DNA of 64,000 nt, taken from IMG/VR virus record IMGVR_UViG_3300043467_001216; one strand, written 5' to 3'. A program made the position numbers and the translations under genes. The notes under the pieces are model-generated. The model was not told the DNA's origin, searched no databases, and saw only the letters and a program-made list of their open reading frames with translations. Positions within the stretch are counted from its first letter, which is position 1. The number at the start of each line of letters is the position of its first letter. This DNA is from a virus. Taxonomy: Duplodnaviria > Heunggongvirae > Uroviricota > Caudoviricetes. Below are positions 1 to 10,444 of the stretch, piece by piece.

Positions 1-273
1 TCTTGGACATTCCCCATTATAAATTTTGATAGCCAAACCTTCTACGATTGCGGTTTTACCACAACCTGGTTCACCAATAACAATTGGGTTATTTTTCTTA
101 CGTCTTGATAATATTTGAGCAATACGGTTAATCTCACGTTCACGTCCAATAACAGGGTCAATTTTACCTTGTTCCGCTAGTTTAATTAAATCTTTACTAA
201 AATTATCTAATACAGGTGTTGAGGAATCAGCTGATTTTTTTCCTTTACCTTCGTTGTCTACAGATTCAATCAT
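1..273 (-). CDS. clpB: ClpB/ClpC-like AAA+ chaperone ATPase, 5' part (runs off the window; not in ORF track)
   Basis: Manual translation from ATG at 273: [91 protein letters not shown]. Has the classic Clp NBD1 motifs DPVIGR, RRxKNNP and Walker A GEPGxGKT. Confidence 0.92.
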   Translation of the reverse strand, partial: MIESVDNEGKGKKSADSSTPVLDNFSKDLIKLAEQGKIDPVIGREREINRIAQILSRRKKNNPIVIGEPGCGKTAIVEGLAIKIYNGECPR

Positions 274-292
274 AATCTTTCTTTTTTAATTA

Positions 293-321
293 AGTATATG
301 ATAATTATATTTAAAACTCAA
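293..321 (-). promoter_or_regulatory. Host-sigma-like promoter for clpB (TTGAGT-N17-TATACT)
   Basis: Minus strand reads TTGAGT tttaaatataattatca TATACT about 20 nt upstream of the ATG. Confidence 0.5.
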
Positions 322-325
322 CGAA

Positions 326-332
326 TATTTAT
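326..332 (+). promoter_or_regulatory. Putative late promoter motif TATTTAT
   Basis: Same heptamer recurs upstream of about 19 gene starts in the window. Confidence 0.55.
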
Positions 333-347
333 ATTTAAAAACTCTAA

Positions 348-821
348 ATGAAAAAAGTCATTAAACTCACGGAAGGTGATTTAATTAAAATAGTTAAACG
401 AGTTATTAATGAAAATTTATTAATTACCGAGTCATTGTCTATTGAAATAGGTATTGACACTAATGAACTTAAATTTGCAACCCCTAATAGTAAAAATATA
501 TTAAACATATCTAAAAACACAAAATACTCAAAAAATAAACATAGTGTAATTTCGGTTACAAATAATAAAGGGGTTGTGAATGATTATTTGGTTTATTTGT
601 TAGGGAAACCATTTAATATTAATTTTATTAAACCTAGTGATAATAATGAAATATTAATTTCGTATTTTACAGGTGAAAGAGATGAGTTAACTAAAAAAGC
701 GAAAACTAAAAACAAACTTATCAAATTAGAAAAATTAAAAGATTACGTACAGGATTTATTAAAAGGTGAAAAAGAGATTTCAAATTTTTTTGACCCTGTG
801 AAATTAATTAAAGTAAACTAA
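348..821 (+). CDS. Hypothetical protein with N-terminal 'IKLTEGDLIKIVKRVINE' leader; probable internal head protein
   Basis: 157-aa ORF. Leader resembles the C-terminal 'IRLSENQLLKIIKEIIKE' of ORF 17435 and ends in I/L-x-E sites. Confidence 0.6.
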   Translation: MKKVIKLTEGDLIKIVKRVINENLLITESLSIEIGIDTNELKFATPNSKNILNISKNTKYSKNKHSVISVTNNKGVVNDYLVYLLGKPFNINFIKPSDNNEILISYFTGERDELTKKAKTKNKLIKLEKLKDYVQDLLKGEKEISNFFDPVKLIKVN

Positions 822-825
822 AATT

Positions 826-1068
826 ATGGCAATTACAAAAGAAGAAATAAAGGGGAGTAAAATTATTTGTGAAATTAAATCAAGTAATTTAAAAAAGTCG
901 GAATACGATACTGAATCTAAAACATTAATGGTGGAATTCAATAACGGTCATAAATACGAATACTATGACGTTCCCCATCAAGTATTTACCCAAATGAGAA
1001 TAAATGAATCTCAAGGTAAATTCTTTAGTACTAAGATATCAAAATCATACAAATACAAAAAAATATAA
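826..1068 (+). CDS. KTSC-domain protein
   Basis: SSNL..YD..TL.VEFNNG..YEY.DVP..VF....SQGKFF...I pattern typical of KTSC. Confidence 0.85.
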   Translation: MAITKEEIKGSKIICEIKSSNLKKSEYDTESKTLMVEFNNGHKYEYYDVPHQVFTQMRINESQGKFFSTKISKSYKYKKI

Positions 1069-1088
1069 GTATTTAGGTATTTATTATT

Positions 1089-2453
1089 ATGGATGATTTA
1101 AAGAGTATTCTAAAAAGTTTTAAAGTTCAAGGAAAATTAAATCCTAAGATTTGGAAAAAATCTGAAAGGACTATAGTTATGGATTCTAAAGTTAGAACTC
1201 GTTTATTAGAGATTGCCAACGATTTTATTGAATTTTTAAATCTTGATATTTTAATATCTGACATAGTAATGACAGGTTCATTAGCCAATTATAATTGGTC
1301 GAAATATTCCGATGTTGATATTCATATCTTAATTGATTTTAACCAATTTAGTGAAATTGAAAAACCTTTATATGAAGAACTATTTTATTTGAAAAAATCC
1401 TTATATAATGATAAACACGACTTGAAAATTTTTGGGTATGATGTTGAAAATTATGTTGAGGATGGGTCAACACAAAAAAATGTTAAAGGTATTGGGATTT
1501 ATTCATTATTAAATAATGAATGGTTATCAAAACCTAGTCGTGAACTAGTTGATATTAACTACGAACAAATTTCATCAAAAGTAAAACAATGGATGAAAAT
1601 TATTGACGGTATTGTTGATAATACTAAAGATGAAGATGTTGAAACCTCTAAAAATATCATTAAAAAATGTAATGAAAAATTAGGTAAGTATAGGGAGAGT
1701 GGATTACACGATGGTGGTGAGTATTCTGAAGAAAATTTGGTATTTAAAGTTTTAAGACGTAACGGTTATTTACAAAAAATAAGAAGTTTAAGTGACAAAA
1801 TAGTTGATAAAAAACTATCACTTAAAGAAAGTTTAAATAACGGTAGTAAGTTAGGACAGTTTACTATTATATCCGACAATACTTTAAAAGGTCATGGAGG
1901 TAGAAAATTAAAAAATTGGGAATCTGACAATGCTTGGGATTTAAAAGCACCTATTGGGACTTCTATTTATTCTTTTACAAATGGTATTGTAAGTCACATT
2001 AAACAATCATCACCTGGAAATCCAAAAATATTTGGTACACAAGTTAGTATAAAAGGCGTTAATGGTAATCCAAATATTTTTTACACCCACTTAGAAGGTG
2101 TAAAAATAAAAGTAGGTGATAAAGTGAAAGTTGGTGATTATATTGGTAAGATAACTAGATGGCCAGCAAGTCCATCAGGTAGTCACGTTCACATAGGTTT
2201 ACCGTATGGTAAAGATTTAGGTGAATTGGTAAGTCAAAATAAAATTAATATGAAGAAATTTGAGACCGGTTCTCACAACAATAATAAGGAAACTGATGAT
2301 ACCAAAGTTGATACCAAAATTGATAGTGATGATATCAAATCTAAAATTGACTCTGTTTTAGACTCAGGTAATACTGAAACATCAAAAATTCCTGATGAAC
2401 CTGAAGATTACGGTATGATGGGTCAATTATTAAAAATGGTAGGATTTAAATAA
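1089..2453 (+). CDS. Pol-beta-superfamily nucleotidyltransferase fused to an M23 metallopeptidase
   Basis: N-terminal GSLANYNWSKYSDVDIHI (GS...DxD). C-terminal M23 motifs: WDLKAPIGTSI, YTHL, VKVGDKVKVGDYIG, HVHIG. Confidence 0.8.
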   Translation: MDDLKSILKSFKVQGKLNPKIWKKSERTIVMDSKVRTRLLEIANDFIEFLNLDILISDIVMTGSLANYNWSKYSDVDIHILIDFNQFSEIEKPLYEELFYLKKSLYNDKHDLKIFGYDVENYVEDGSTQKNVKGIGIYSLLNNEWLSKPSRELVDINYEQISSKVKQWMKIIDGIVDNTKDEDVETSKNIIKKCNEKLGKYRESGLHDGGEYSEENLVFKVLRRNGYLQKIRSLSDKIVDKKLSLKESLNNGSKLGQFTIISDNTLKGHGGRKLKNWESDNAWDLKAPIGTSIYSFTNGIVSHIKQSSPGNPKIFGTQVSIKGVNGNPNIFYTHLEGVKIKVGDKVKVGDYIGKITRWPASPSGSHVHIGLPYGKDLGELVSQNKINMKKFETGSHNNNKETDDTKVDTKIDSDDIKSKIDSVLDSGNTETSKIPDEPEDYGMMGQLLKMVGFK

Positions 2454-2519
2454 AAAAAAGACATTTTTTTTTATCTATATATTTATAAATAAAAATAACT
2501 TAATAACTAAAATTATAAA

Positions 2520-3959
2520 ATGGGAAATTTAAGACCAATTGGTAGTGAAAAACTACAAGGAATGGATAAAATTAATCGTATTATTGAAATATCTCGTTAT
2601 AACGAAAATAGACCAAACCCTATTAACGAAGATAAATCAGTAGAATATACTAAAACATTAGCCGATGGTAAAACTTATCGTATTGATAAAGAAAAAAATG
2701 GTTATGTAATTAAAAAAACTATTTCGGAATCTACAAGTGAATTTGACTATGTTGAGCCGATGAAAAATAGAAAATATTATTCATCATATTCTCAAGCATT
2801 AAAACGATTAAATTTAATTGTTAAAGAAGTTAATACTAATTCAGGTTATTCTAATGGTATGTCACTTTTTAATGAGGATGAGAAAAAAGACACGACTAAA
2901 TACGTTTTAAGTGTTGGTGAAACAAACGAACAAGCGGCTCCCGCTCCTGCTCCCGCACCTGCTCCCGCTCCCGCTCCTGCACCCGCTCCTGACGCTACGG
3001 CAGCTCCCGCTCCCGAACCAACAGATGATTTAGGTTTGGATGGTGATATGGGTATGGAAGATGAGGAACAAGATGATGAACCAATCACATTAAAAGTTAT
3101 TCAAAAGTTAACAGGTAAATTAGCTCAGAAATTAAGAGGTTTTGAAGAAAACAATGAAGAACCTATGACATCTAAAGATATTAAATATGTAATTAATTCT
3201 GTATTATCAGCTGTTGATATTGAATCAATAGATGAAGAAGATAGAGAAGATATTATGAATAAGCTTGAAGGTGTTGAAGACGAAGAAGGTATGGGTGATG
3301 AAATGGGTGACGAAATGGGTGACGTAGAAGGTATGACACCTGAAGAACCAACAGGTGAAGTTGCTGAAGAATCTGAATTCAACTTTGGTGACGATGAATT
3401 TGATGTTGATTATGAAGATGATTATGGATTCATCGACGATTTTGATACGGACGCACCAACAAGAGAAAGAGAACGTATTAAAACACCTGAGAGAGAACGT
3501 GAAAGAGAACGTGAAAGAGAAACTGAAAAACCTATCAGAAGAGTTCCAAATCCTTACAAACCAGGTAAGAGAGAAGAAGAATTACCAAACCCTGAAGCTA
3601 GACGAGGTAGAAACACCCCTGAAGTTCACGGTGGAGGTGAGAGACAAAAACATTTTTATGAAGTAGGTATCGAAAATCGTAAAAGACCTTATGATGTTGA
3701 GGATTTAGAGATTAATGAATCTAAAGTTGATAAAGTACTATCTAAATATTTTATTAATGAAAATAAAACTAATACAAAAAAACCAGTCAATGAAAATTAC
3801 AGAAACTATTCAGTTAATGTAATTCAAGAAATGATGTCGGTTAAATTTAAGAAAAAATATCCAAACTCTAAATTTGTTGGTAAAACAAATAAAGATAATT
3901 TAGTTTTCGAACATAATAATAGAACAATACGTATTACACCTAAAGGTGATATTATATGA
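2520..3959 (+). CDS. Acidic low-complexity protein, probable prohead core/internal head protein
   Basis: 479 aa, D/E-rich, (AP)n and (RE)n tracts, many I/V-N-E sites, TATTTAT upstream, lies upstream of the terminase. Confidence 0.55.
   Translation: MGNLRPIGSEKLQGMDKINRIIEISRYNENRPNPINEDKSVEYTKTLADGKTYRIDKEKNGYVIKKTISESTSEFDYVEPMKNRKYYSSYSQALKRLNLIVKEVNTNSGYSNGMSLFNEDEKKDTTKYVLSVGETNEQAAPAPAPAPAPAPAPAPAPDATAAPAPEPTDDLGLDGDMGMEDEEQDDEPITLKVIQKLTGKLAQKLRGFEENNEEPMTSKDIKYVINSVLSAVDIESIDEEDREDIMNKLEGVEDEEGMGDEMGDEMGDVEGMTPEEPTGEVAEESEFNFGDDEFDVDYEDDYGFIDDFDTDAPTRERERIKTPERERERERERETEKPIRRVPNPYKPGKREEELPNPEARRGRNTPEVHGGGERQKHFYEVGIENRKRPYDVEDLEINESKVDKVLSKYFINENKTNTKKPVNENYRNYSVNVIQEMMSVKFKKKYPNSKFVGKTNKDNLVFEHNNRTIRITPKGDII
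2932..3016 (+). repeat. Coding (Ala-Pro)n tandem repeat
   Basis: gctcccgctcctgctcccgcacct... encodes APAPAPAP. Confidence 0.9.
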
Positions 3960-4366
3960 GTTATTTAATCTATGTTAATGAATTAGGTCCAAACTATAAA
4001 GGGGATAACACGTATGAGTTTATTTTCTCTAATAGTTTAGAAGATATTTGGGGGGACAGTTGGGAATCCAATCCTGCGAATGGATACCCTTCCCCACCTG
4101 ATTTAGAATTTATTAACAAGGTTGGGACTTTAAAGAGTAATGAAGTTACGTTATCCGTAATTCAAAAATCAGATTATTTCTCAATGACCGATTGTATGGA
4201 CGACGTAATATCGTTAGCTTGGGAAAATGAATTGGATGAAATTGATTTCACAATTAAAAAACGATTAGTTTTTAGATTTGGTGAAACTGAACAATCAGTA
4301 AAAAATAAATTATATGAACGAGATATCGTTTTAGAATTTGAAAAAAAAATAGTTTATGAAAATTAA
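3956..4366 (+). CDS. Hypothetical protein
   Basis: 136-aa ORF overlapping both neighbours (ATGA coupling). Confidence 0.7.
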   Translation: MSYLIYVNELGPNYKGDNTYEFIFSNSLEDIWGDSWESNPANGYPSPPDLEFINKVGTLKSNEVTLSVIQKSDYFSMTDCMDDVISLAWENELDEIDFTIKKRLVFRFGETEQSVKNKLYERDIVLEFEKKIVYEN

Positions 4367-5093
4367 CGATAAAATATTACGTTTAGTTAAACACGGTCTT
4401 AAAGCAACTAATCTAACTAAATTAAATGAATCACAAATTAATACATTGTATACTCGTTTAGTAGAACAAGTAACAAAAGTACAGGGTAAAACTCAATATA
4501 TGATTGGTAGTCAAGGTGGTAATATTCCCCCAAACACTAAAGGTTACGACATCAAACAAAATAACGATAAAACTGTTACTGCAATCCCAATAGATGAAAC
4601 TGAAGAAATAAATGAAAAATCAGTTTCTAAACAACAACAAAAATTGATGGGGTTAGCACTTTCTGTTAAGAAAGGTGATACACCAAAATCTAAAGTGTCT
4701 AAGTCAGTTAAAGATATGGCGAAAAAAATGTCTAAGTCGGATTTAGAAGACTTTGCATCCACAAAACATAAAGGTTTACCTAATAAAGTTGAGACTAACG
4801 AAGAAGAAAAATATGATTTAGGTGATGCGTTTGAAAAACACGCTGCTAATTATCTAACTAAAGTTGCTCAAAAAAGTGTACCTCGTATTGGTGAAATTGG
4901 TGAATCTCAATTAGAAAAAGAAATTACAAGAATAGTTGAAAAACATTTATCACCAAAGATGACTAAGAAAGATTTTATGAATATAATTGAAAACAATCTT
5001 ATTGTTGCAAGAGAATCTGAAATGAATGAAGAGTCGGAAGACGAAATGGGATTACCATCTTGGTTACGTTGGGAAAATATAACTAAAAAATAA
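4356..5093 (+). CDS. DUF3008-like domain-containing protein (probable head protein)
   Basis: SKQQQKLMGLALSVKKG...MAKKMSKSDLEDFASTKHKGLP matches the DUF3008 pattern and is flanked by INE/TNE sites. Confidence 0.65.
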   Translation: MKINDKILRLVKHGLKATNLTKLNESQINTLYTRLVEQVTKVQGKTQYMIGSQGGNIPPNTKGYDIKQNNDKTVTAIPIDETEEINEKSVSKQQQKLMGLALSVKKGDTPKSKVSKSVKDMAKKMSKSDLEDFASTKHKGLPNKVETNEEEKYDLGDAFEKHAANYLTKVAQKSVPRIGEIGESQLEKEITRIVEKHLSPKMTKKDFMNIIENNLIVARESEMNEESEDEMGLPSWLRWENITKK

Positions 5094-5114
5094 TTTTATC
5101 TAAAATAAGTAAAA

Positions 5115-6713
5115 ATGAGTTTAAACAATAAAGTAGAAAAAATATTAAAGATTAAAAATACTTTAGAAAAAAAATTGATGAATGAAGGTTTAACAAGGTC
5201 TGAAAAAACTATTTTAGATAAAGTTAGAATTCAATTAGTTGAAGCACCGATTGATTATACAGGTGCGGGTGGTGCTAGAATGTCACAACAATTACAATCT
5301 AAAATTGAAAGAGGACAAACCGATTTTAATGATTTAGGTATTAGTACTGAAACTATAGAATTTTTAGCGAGTAAAAGTTTTGTTGACTCAGTTAAAAAAC
5401 TACAAAAAGTATTAGGTGATAATTCACGAATTGCCGAGGGTGACCCACGTAGTGCATTTATGGCGTTAATGAATAATGCTATGTCATTAGGTGGTAGAAT
5501 ATCTTCGTTACAACAACGTAGTTCTAAACAAATCGAACAACTAGCGGCTAACTTAGTTCAACAATATTTTAATTTACCTGAAGACGCTATTAGATTAATT
5601 CCACATCTTACATCATTTGGACCACAACGTGCGTTACCAAATATGAGAACTTCACCTAAACAATTTTCTGAAGAAGATATTAAAAAAGCATTTAAAGATG
5701 CCGACAAACACAAAGAAGAATTAGAAAAATTTGCACAAGAGTTTGAAGAAATGGGTGTTGAATTTGACTATTCTAAAGGTGATGAAATTGTTACAAAAAA
5801 AATAGAACAAGAGGCTTTAAAAACATTTGAGGATGAAAAAGCTAAAAGAAGATTTATCAACTCAATTAACAAAGGTTTTGCGTTTAATTTAGGTGAGTTA
5901 TACGAAGAATTAAATGAATATGTTGATAAGATTAATCCTGAATTAAGTCAGTTATACGCTGCGTCACAAGCAATAATGGAACACCTATATTGGTTATATC
6001 CTGATTTACAACAAATGACGAGTGGTGGTGGAGGTCAATTGGCTCAACACGAAATCACTAAACCTGATGGTTCTAAAGAAAGTAGTAACGACGAAGAAGA
6101 AGGTGGTGAAGAAGGTTCTGATGATTTAAACTTTGAAACGGGTGATGAAGAAATCGGTAATGAAGAAGAGTCTGAACCACAAGGTCCTTACACAATTGAA
6201 GCTTACGCCCCAACATTACCATTATTAATTCACGAACTTTTATTAGGAGTTGCTAAGTATTTCAGTTGGTTAGGAGGTATCCAAGGGAAAGAAAAATCAG
6301 AATTAATTATTCAATCGACTGACACAATTGGTAATGAGGTATGGAACTCATATATGGGTAAAGTATTTTTCAAAGAATTGATGTTGAGATTTAAAGCGTT
6401 AAACGATGAATACGCATTACAAGACAAAAAAGTTCAAAATAGAATATTGTTATTCTTACAATTACATTTAGCAACTTTATCTAAAGAAGATTTAGAAACA
6501 TTACTAAATGGAATCCATAAACAAGATGAACGAGTAATTCAAATTATTAATGAACTAGTTGAAGGTGCTATGGAACAATATCAAGAAATACATAAAGATA
6601 TACCGGAACCAACTAAAAACTATGGTTCAGGTGTTGATTTAGGTGATGATGATGACACTGAAGATGATGATTTTGATTTTGGTGACGACGACGATGATGA
6701 CGATATCTATTAA
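5115..6713 (+). CDS. Hypothetical helical protein with acidic tracts
   Basis: 532-aa ORF with poly-Asp C-terminus, directly upstream of terL. Confidence 0.7.
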   Translation: MSLNNKVEKILKIKNTLEKKLMNEGLTRSEKTILDKVRIQLVEAPIDYTGAGGARMSQQLQSKIERGQTDFNDLGISTETIEFLASKSFVDSVKKLQKVLGDNSRIAEGDPRSAFMALMNNAMSLGGRISSLQQRSSKQIEQLAANLVQQYFNLPEDAIRLIPHLTSFGPQRALPNMRTSPKQFSEEDIKKAFKDADKHKEELEKFAQEFEEMGVEFDYSKGDEIVTKKIEQEALKTFEDEKAKRRFINSINKGFAFNLGELYEELNEYVDKINPELSQLYAASQAIMEHLYWLYPDLQQMTSGGGGQLAQHEITKPDGSKESSNDEEEGGEEGSDDLNFETGDEEIGNEEESEPQGPYTIEAYAPTLPLLIHELLLGVAKYFSWLGGIQGKEKSELIIQSTDTIGNEVWNSYMGKVFFKELMLRFKALNDEYALQDKKVQNRILLFLQLHLATLSKEDLETLLNGIHKQDERVIQIINELVEGAMEQYQEIHKDIPEPTKNYGSGVDLGDDDDTEDDDFDFGDDDDDDDIY

Positions 6714-6738
6714 GACACATACTAAATAAACGATAAAG

Positions 6739-6769
6739 ACCTCCAATTTTAATTAATTGGGGGTTTTTT
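6739..6769 (+). terminator. Intrinsic terminator
   Basis: acctccaatt / aattgggggt hairpin followed by a T-run. Confidence 0.7.
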
Positions 6770-6789
6770 GGTATTTATAAATAAAAACT

Positions 6790-8562
6790 ATGACTAAAGA
6801 ACAATTGTTGTTAGAATACGTTAAGTGTATGAAAGATACTCCATACGCATTAAACACGTATCTACAAACATACGACAACACAGTTTCAAAATACGTTCCG
6901 TTAGAATTATTCCCCGACCAAATAACATTATTACAGGATTACGAGAACTATAATGAAAATATTGCATTAAAATACCGTCAGGCGGGTGTATCGACAGTAA
7001 CATCAGCTTGGGTATCTAAAAAATTAGCATTTGCTAAAAAAGAAAAACCTGAAAAAATATTGATAATCGCCAACAAGTTGGATACCTCAATTGAGATGGC
7101 GAATAAAATTAGAGCCTTTGTGACACAATGGCCGAGTTGGGTTAACGTTCAAATTGACCCCAATAAAAAATCTACCAAACATTGGAAATTAAATAATGGT
7201 TGTGAGGTTAAGGCGGTTGCAACATCAAAGGATGCTTTACGTGGATTTACCCCAACAATATTAATATTTGATGAGGCCGCGTTTATCGAAGCTGACAGTG
7301 ATTTCTGGTCAGCGTGTATGGCATCCCTATCAACAGGGGGTAAAGTAATTGTAGTATCAACACCAAACGGTAATGACCCAATTTACTATGAGATTTACGA
7401 CCAAGCGTTACGTGGAATGAATGATTTCAAAATTACGGAAATGTATTGGTATCGTGACCCTCGTTATACTAAAGATTTATTCTTTGTAAAAACTGATGAC
7501 GCTATTCATTATTTATTAAACAAAGAAGAATACGGACCTGAGAAAATAATAAGTTGGGCGGACAAAGAATTTAAAGACAGAAACTTTGATGAAGCCAAAG
7601 AAATAATTAATAACGGATACAAACCTTGCTCTGATTGGTTTGAAAAAATGGTGAAGAAACTTAAATACGACAAACGTAAAGTTTCTCAAGAGTTAGAGTG
7701 TAACTTCCTTGGTTCAGGTGATAACGTATTCGATTCTAGGTTAATGCAAAAGATACGTGAAAATTATCTGTTAGAACCCCAAAATAAAATGTTAGGTAAT
7801 CAATTATGGATTTGGAAAGAACCGGTAATAGGTCACAAATACATTATGGGTGTCGATGTCAGTCGAGGTGATAGTGAGGATTTTAGTTCATTTCAAATTA
7901 TTGATTTTGATACTCGTGAACAAGTTGCGGAGTTTGTTGGTAAACTTCCTCCTGATACGATGGCCGAAATTTGTTTTAAATGGGCTAATATGTATTCGGC
8001 TTATATTGTAGTCGATATCACGGGTGGGATGGGTGTTTCTACCTCACGTAAACTTCAAGAGTTAGGATATAAAGATTTATATGTTGACGGTGAAGACGTT
8101 AACAACTCTTGGAAATATAATCCAAAATCAGCGGAAAAAATACCCGGTATTAACTTTAACAACAAACGTGTTCAAATTATTGCATCATATGAAGAGGCTA
8201 TGAGACACGATTTCCGTATTTACAGTCACCGTTTATACAATGAAATGGATACATTCATTTATATTAATGGTAGACCTGACCACCAAAAAGGGAGACACGA
8301 CGATTTACTTATGTCTATTGCTATGGCAACATACGTGGGTGAGACTTCGTTCAGTAAATTAAATAAAGTTACCGACCAGGCAAAGGCTATGATTGAGTCG
8401 TGGTCAGTCAATAATAACACATCAGTTGGTAAAGATATGGATTTTAACCCTGTTATTCCAAATTATAATGATATGATGGGTAAAACAAACTCCAATCAGA
8501 GTATTCAAAGAGATGAGTATATGAAGTATGGTTGGTTATTTGGAAATTACGGACAAAGATAA
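6790..8562 (+). CDS. terL: Terminase large subunit (T4 gp17-like)
   Basis: KYRQAGVST (Walker A), LIFDEAAF (Walker B), STPNG, nuclease motifs GVDVSRG and HDDLLMS. Confidence 0.95.
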   Translation: MTKEQLLLEYVKCMKDTPYALNTYLQTYDNTVSKYVPLELFPDQITLLQDYENYNENIALKYRQAGVSTVTSAWVSKKLAFAKKEKPEKILIIANKLDTSIEMANKIRAFVTQWPSWVNVQIDPNKKSTKHWKLNNGCEVKAVATSKDALRGFTPTILIFDEAAFIEADSDFWSACMASLSTGGKVIVVSTPNGNDPIYYEIYDQALRGMNDFKITEMYWYRDPRYTKDLFFVKTDDAIHYLLNKEEYGPEKIISWADKEFKDRNFDEAKEIINNGYKPCSDWFEKMVKKLKYDKRKVSQELECNFLGSGDNVFDSRLMQKIRENYLLEPQNKMLGNQLWIWKEPVIGHKYIMGVDVSRGDSEDFSSFQIIDFDTREQVAEFVGKLPPDTMAEICFKWANMYSAYIVVDITGGMGVSTSRKLQELGYKDLYVDGEDVNNSWKYNPKSAEKIPGINFNNKRVQIIASYEEAMRHDFRIYSHRLYNEMDTFIYINGRPDHQKGRHDDLLMSIAMATYVGETSFSKLNKVTDQAKAMIESWSVNNNTSVGKDMDFNPVIPNYNDMMGKTNSNQSIQRDEYMKYGWLFGNYGQR

Positions 8563-8600
8563 ACTATTTAAAAATTGATATTTATAATTAAAATTCTGAT

Positions 8601-10421
8601 ATGGAAAACAATAAAAATTTAACGGTTTGGCAACGATTATCTCACGCATTTGGACCAAATTCATTATTAAATCAAGACTACCCCACATATAAGTTCGATA
8701 AGAAGGAGTTACTTAAAACAACTTCAAAAGATGAATATGAAAAAGAAAAATTACAAGCTCAACAAACTTTTTATTTAACAAACCAATGGGCGAAAATTGA
8801 GAGTAATTTATATTCTCAAGCAATATATTATGAACCAACTCGTTTAGCATCATTCTACGATTATGAATCAATGGAATATACCCCTGAGATTTCAGCCGCG
8901 TTAGATATATACGGTGAAGAATCAACAACAGTAGACCAAAATGGTTTTATGTTACAAATTTATTCAGAATCAAAACGTATTAAATCGGTATTAACAGATT
9001 TGTTTAATAACAATTTGGATTTAAATACTAACTTACCTATGTGGGTTAGAAATACTTGTAAATACGGGGACAACTTTGTTTACCTAAAATTGGATTCTGA
9101 TAAAGGTGTTATTGGTTGTATGCAATTACCAAACATTGAAATTGAACGTCTAGAAAGAGGTATGGCAGCTAAAATTAACAATGTTGAAGAACCAGGTCAT
9201 AGTAAAGGATTAAGATTCCAATGGAAAGTTAAAGACATGGAATTTAACTCTTGGGAGATAGCTCACTTCCGTTTATTGGGGGATGATAGAAAATTACCAT
9301 ATGGGACATCTATGTTGGAGAAAGCCAGACGTATTTGGAAACAGTTATTACTATCTGAGGATGCAATGTTAATTTATAGAACCTCAAGAGCCCCTGAACG
9401 TAGGGTATTCAAAATTTTCGTAGGTAACATGGATGACAAAGATGTTGAACCATACGTACAACGTGTTGCAAACAAATTTAAACGTGACCAAATTGTTGAT
9501 AGTAAAACAGGTAACGTTGATTTAAGATATAATCAGATGGCGGTTGACCAAGATTATTTTATTCCTGTTCGTGACCCGGCAGCACCTAACCCAATTGAAA
9601 CACTAGCGGGAGCCGCTAACTTAGGTGAAATTGCCGATATCGAATACATCCAAAAGAAATTATTAACAGCACTACGTGTACCTAAAGCGTTCTTAGGTTT
9701 TGAAGAACCTGTGGGTGAAGGTAAGAACTTATCATTAATGGATATTCGTTTTGCTAGAACAATTAACCGAATACAAAAATGTATGATTGCCGAATTAAAT
9801 AAAATTGCGATTATTCATTTATTCCTTTTAGGGTTTGAAGACGAATTGTCTAACTTTACTTTATCATTGGCAAATCCATCAACACAGGCTGACTTATTAA
9901 AAGTTGAAGCATGGAAAGAAAAAGTCGCATTATATAAAGAGGCGGTAACCGCAGTTGAAGGTATAGCACCAACATCAGTAACTTGGGCTAAGAAACATAT
10001 TTTAGGTTTCTCAGATGAAGAAATCAAACTTGATTTACAACAACAACGTGTTGAGAAAGCGGTTGGTGCTGAATTAACAAATACAGCAACAATTATTACT
10101 CACACAGGTGTTTTCGACAATGTTGATAATCTATATGGTTCTAAATCAGGTGGAACACAAACTGCCGCCGCAGGGGCTACACCTCCACCTCCTCCGGGTG
10201 GTGATATGGGAGGTGATATGGGTATGCCATCCCCACCTCCAGGACCTGAACCAGGTGGTGATGCTGGTGTAACACCTGAGTCAGTTGAGAAGAGAGATAA
10301 TTTAAACATATTGTTAGAATCTGATAATATGTATGGTGAAGACGAGTACATTGATTTATCCAAAGGTAAAAATAATTTAGGTGAAATTGAGAATCGTTTG
10401 AATAAACTTTTAGGTGACTAA
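8601..10421 (+). CDS. Portal protein (T4 gp20-like)
   Basis: PEISAALDIY, EDAMLIYRTSRAPERRVFKI, DYFIPVR, DIEYIQKKLLTALRVP; Pro/Gly-rich C-terminal tail. Confidence 0.95.
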   Translation: MENNKNLTVWQRLSHAFGPNSLLNQDYPTYKFDKKELLKTTSKDEYEKEKLQAQQTFYLTNQWAKIESNLYSQAIYYEPTRLASFYDYESMEYTPEISAALDIYGEESTTVDQNGFMLQIYSESKRIKSVLTDLFNNNLDLNTNLPMWVRNTCKYGDNFVYLKLDSDKGVIGCMQLPNIEIERLERGMAAKINNVEEPGHSKGLRFQWKVKDMEFNSWEIAHFRLLGDDRKLPYGTSMLEKARRIWKQLLLSEDAMLIYRTSRAPERRVFKIFVGNMDDKDVEPYVQRVANKFKRDQIVDSKTGNVDLRYNQMAVDQDYFIPVRDPAAPNPIETLAGAANLGEIADIEYIQKKLLTALRVPKAFLGFEEPVGEGKNLSLMDIRFARTINRIQKCMIAELNKIAIIHLFLLGFEDELSNFTLSLANPSTQADLLKVEAWKEKVALYKEAVTAVEGIAPTSVTWAKKHILGFSDEEIKLDLQQQRVEKAVGAELTNTATIITHTGVFDNVDNLYGSKSGGTQTAAAGATPPPPPGGDMGGDMGMPSPPPGPEPGGDAGVTPESVEKRDNLNILLESDNMYGEDEYIDLSKGKNNLGEIENRLNKLLGD

Positions 10422-10444
10422 TATTTATATATAAAATATATAAA

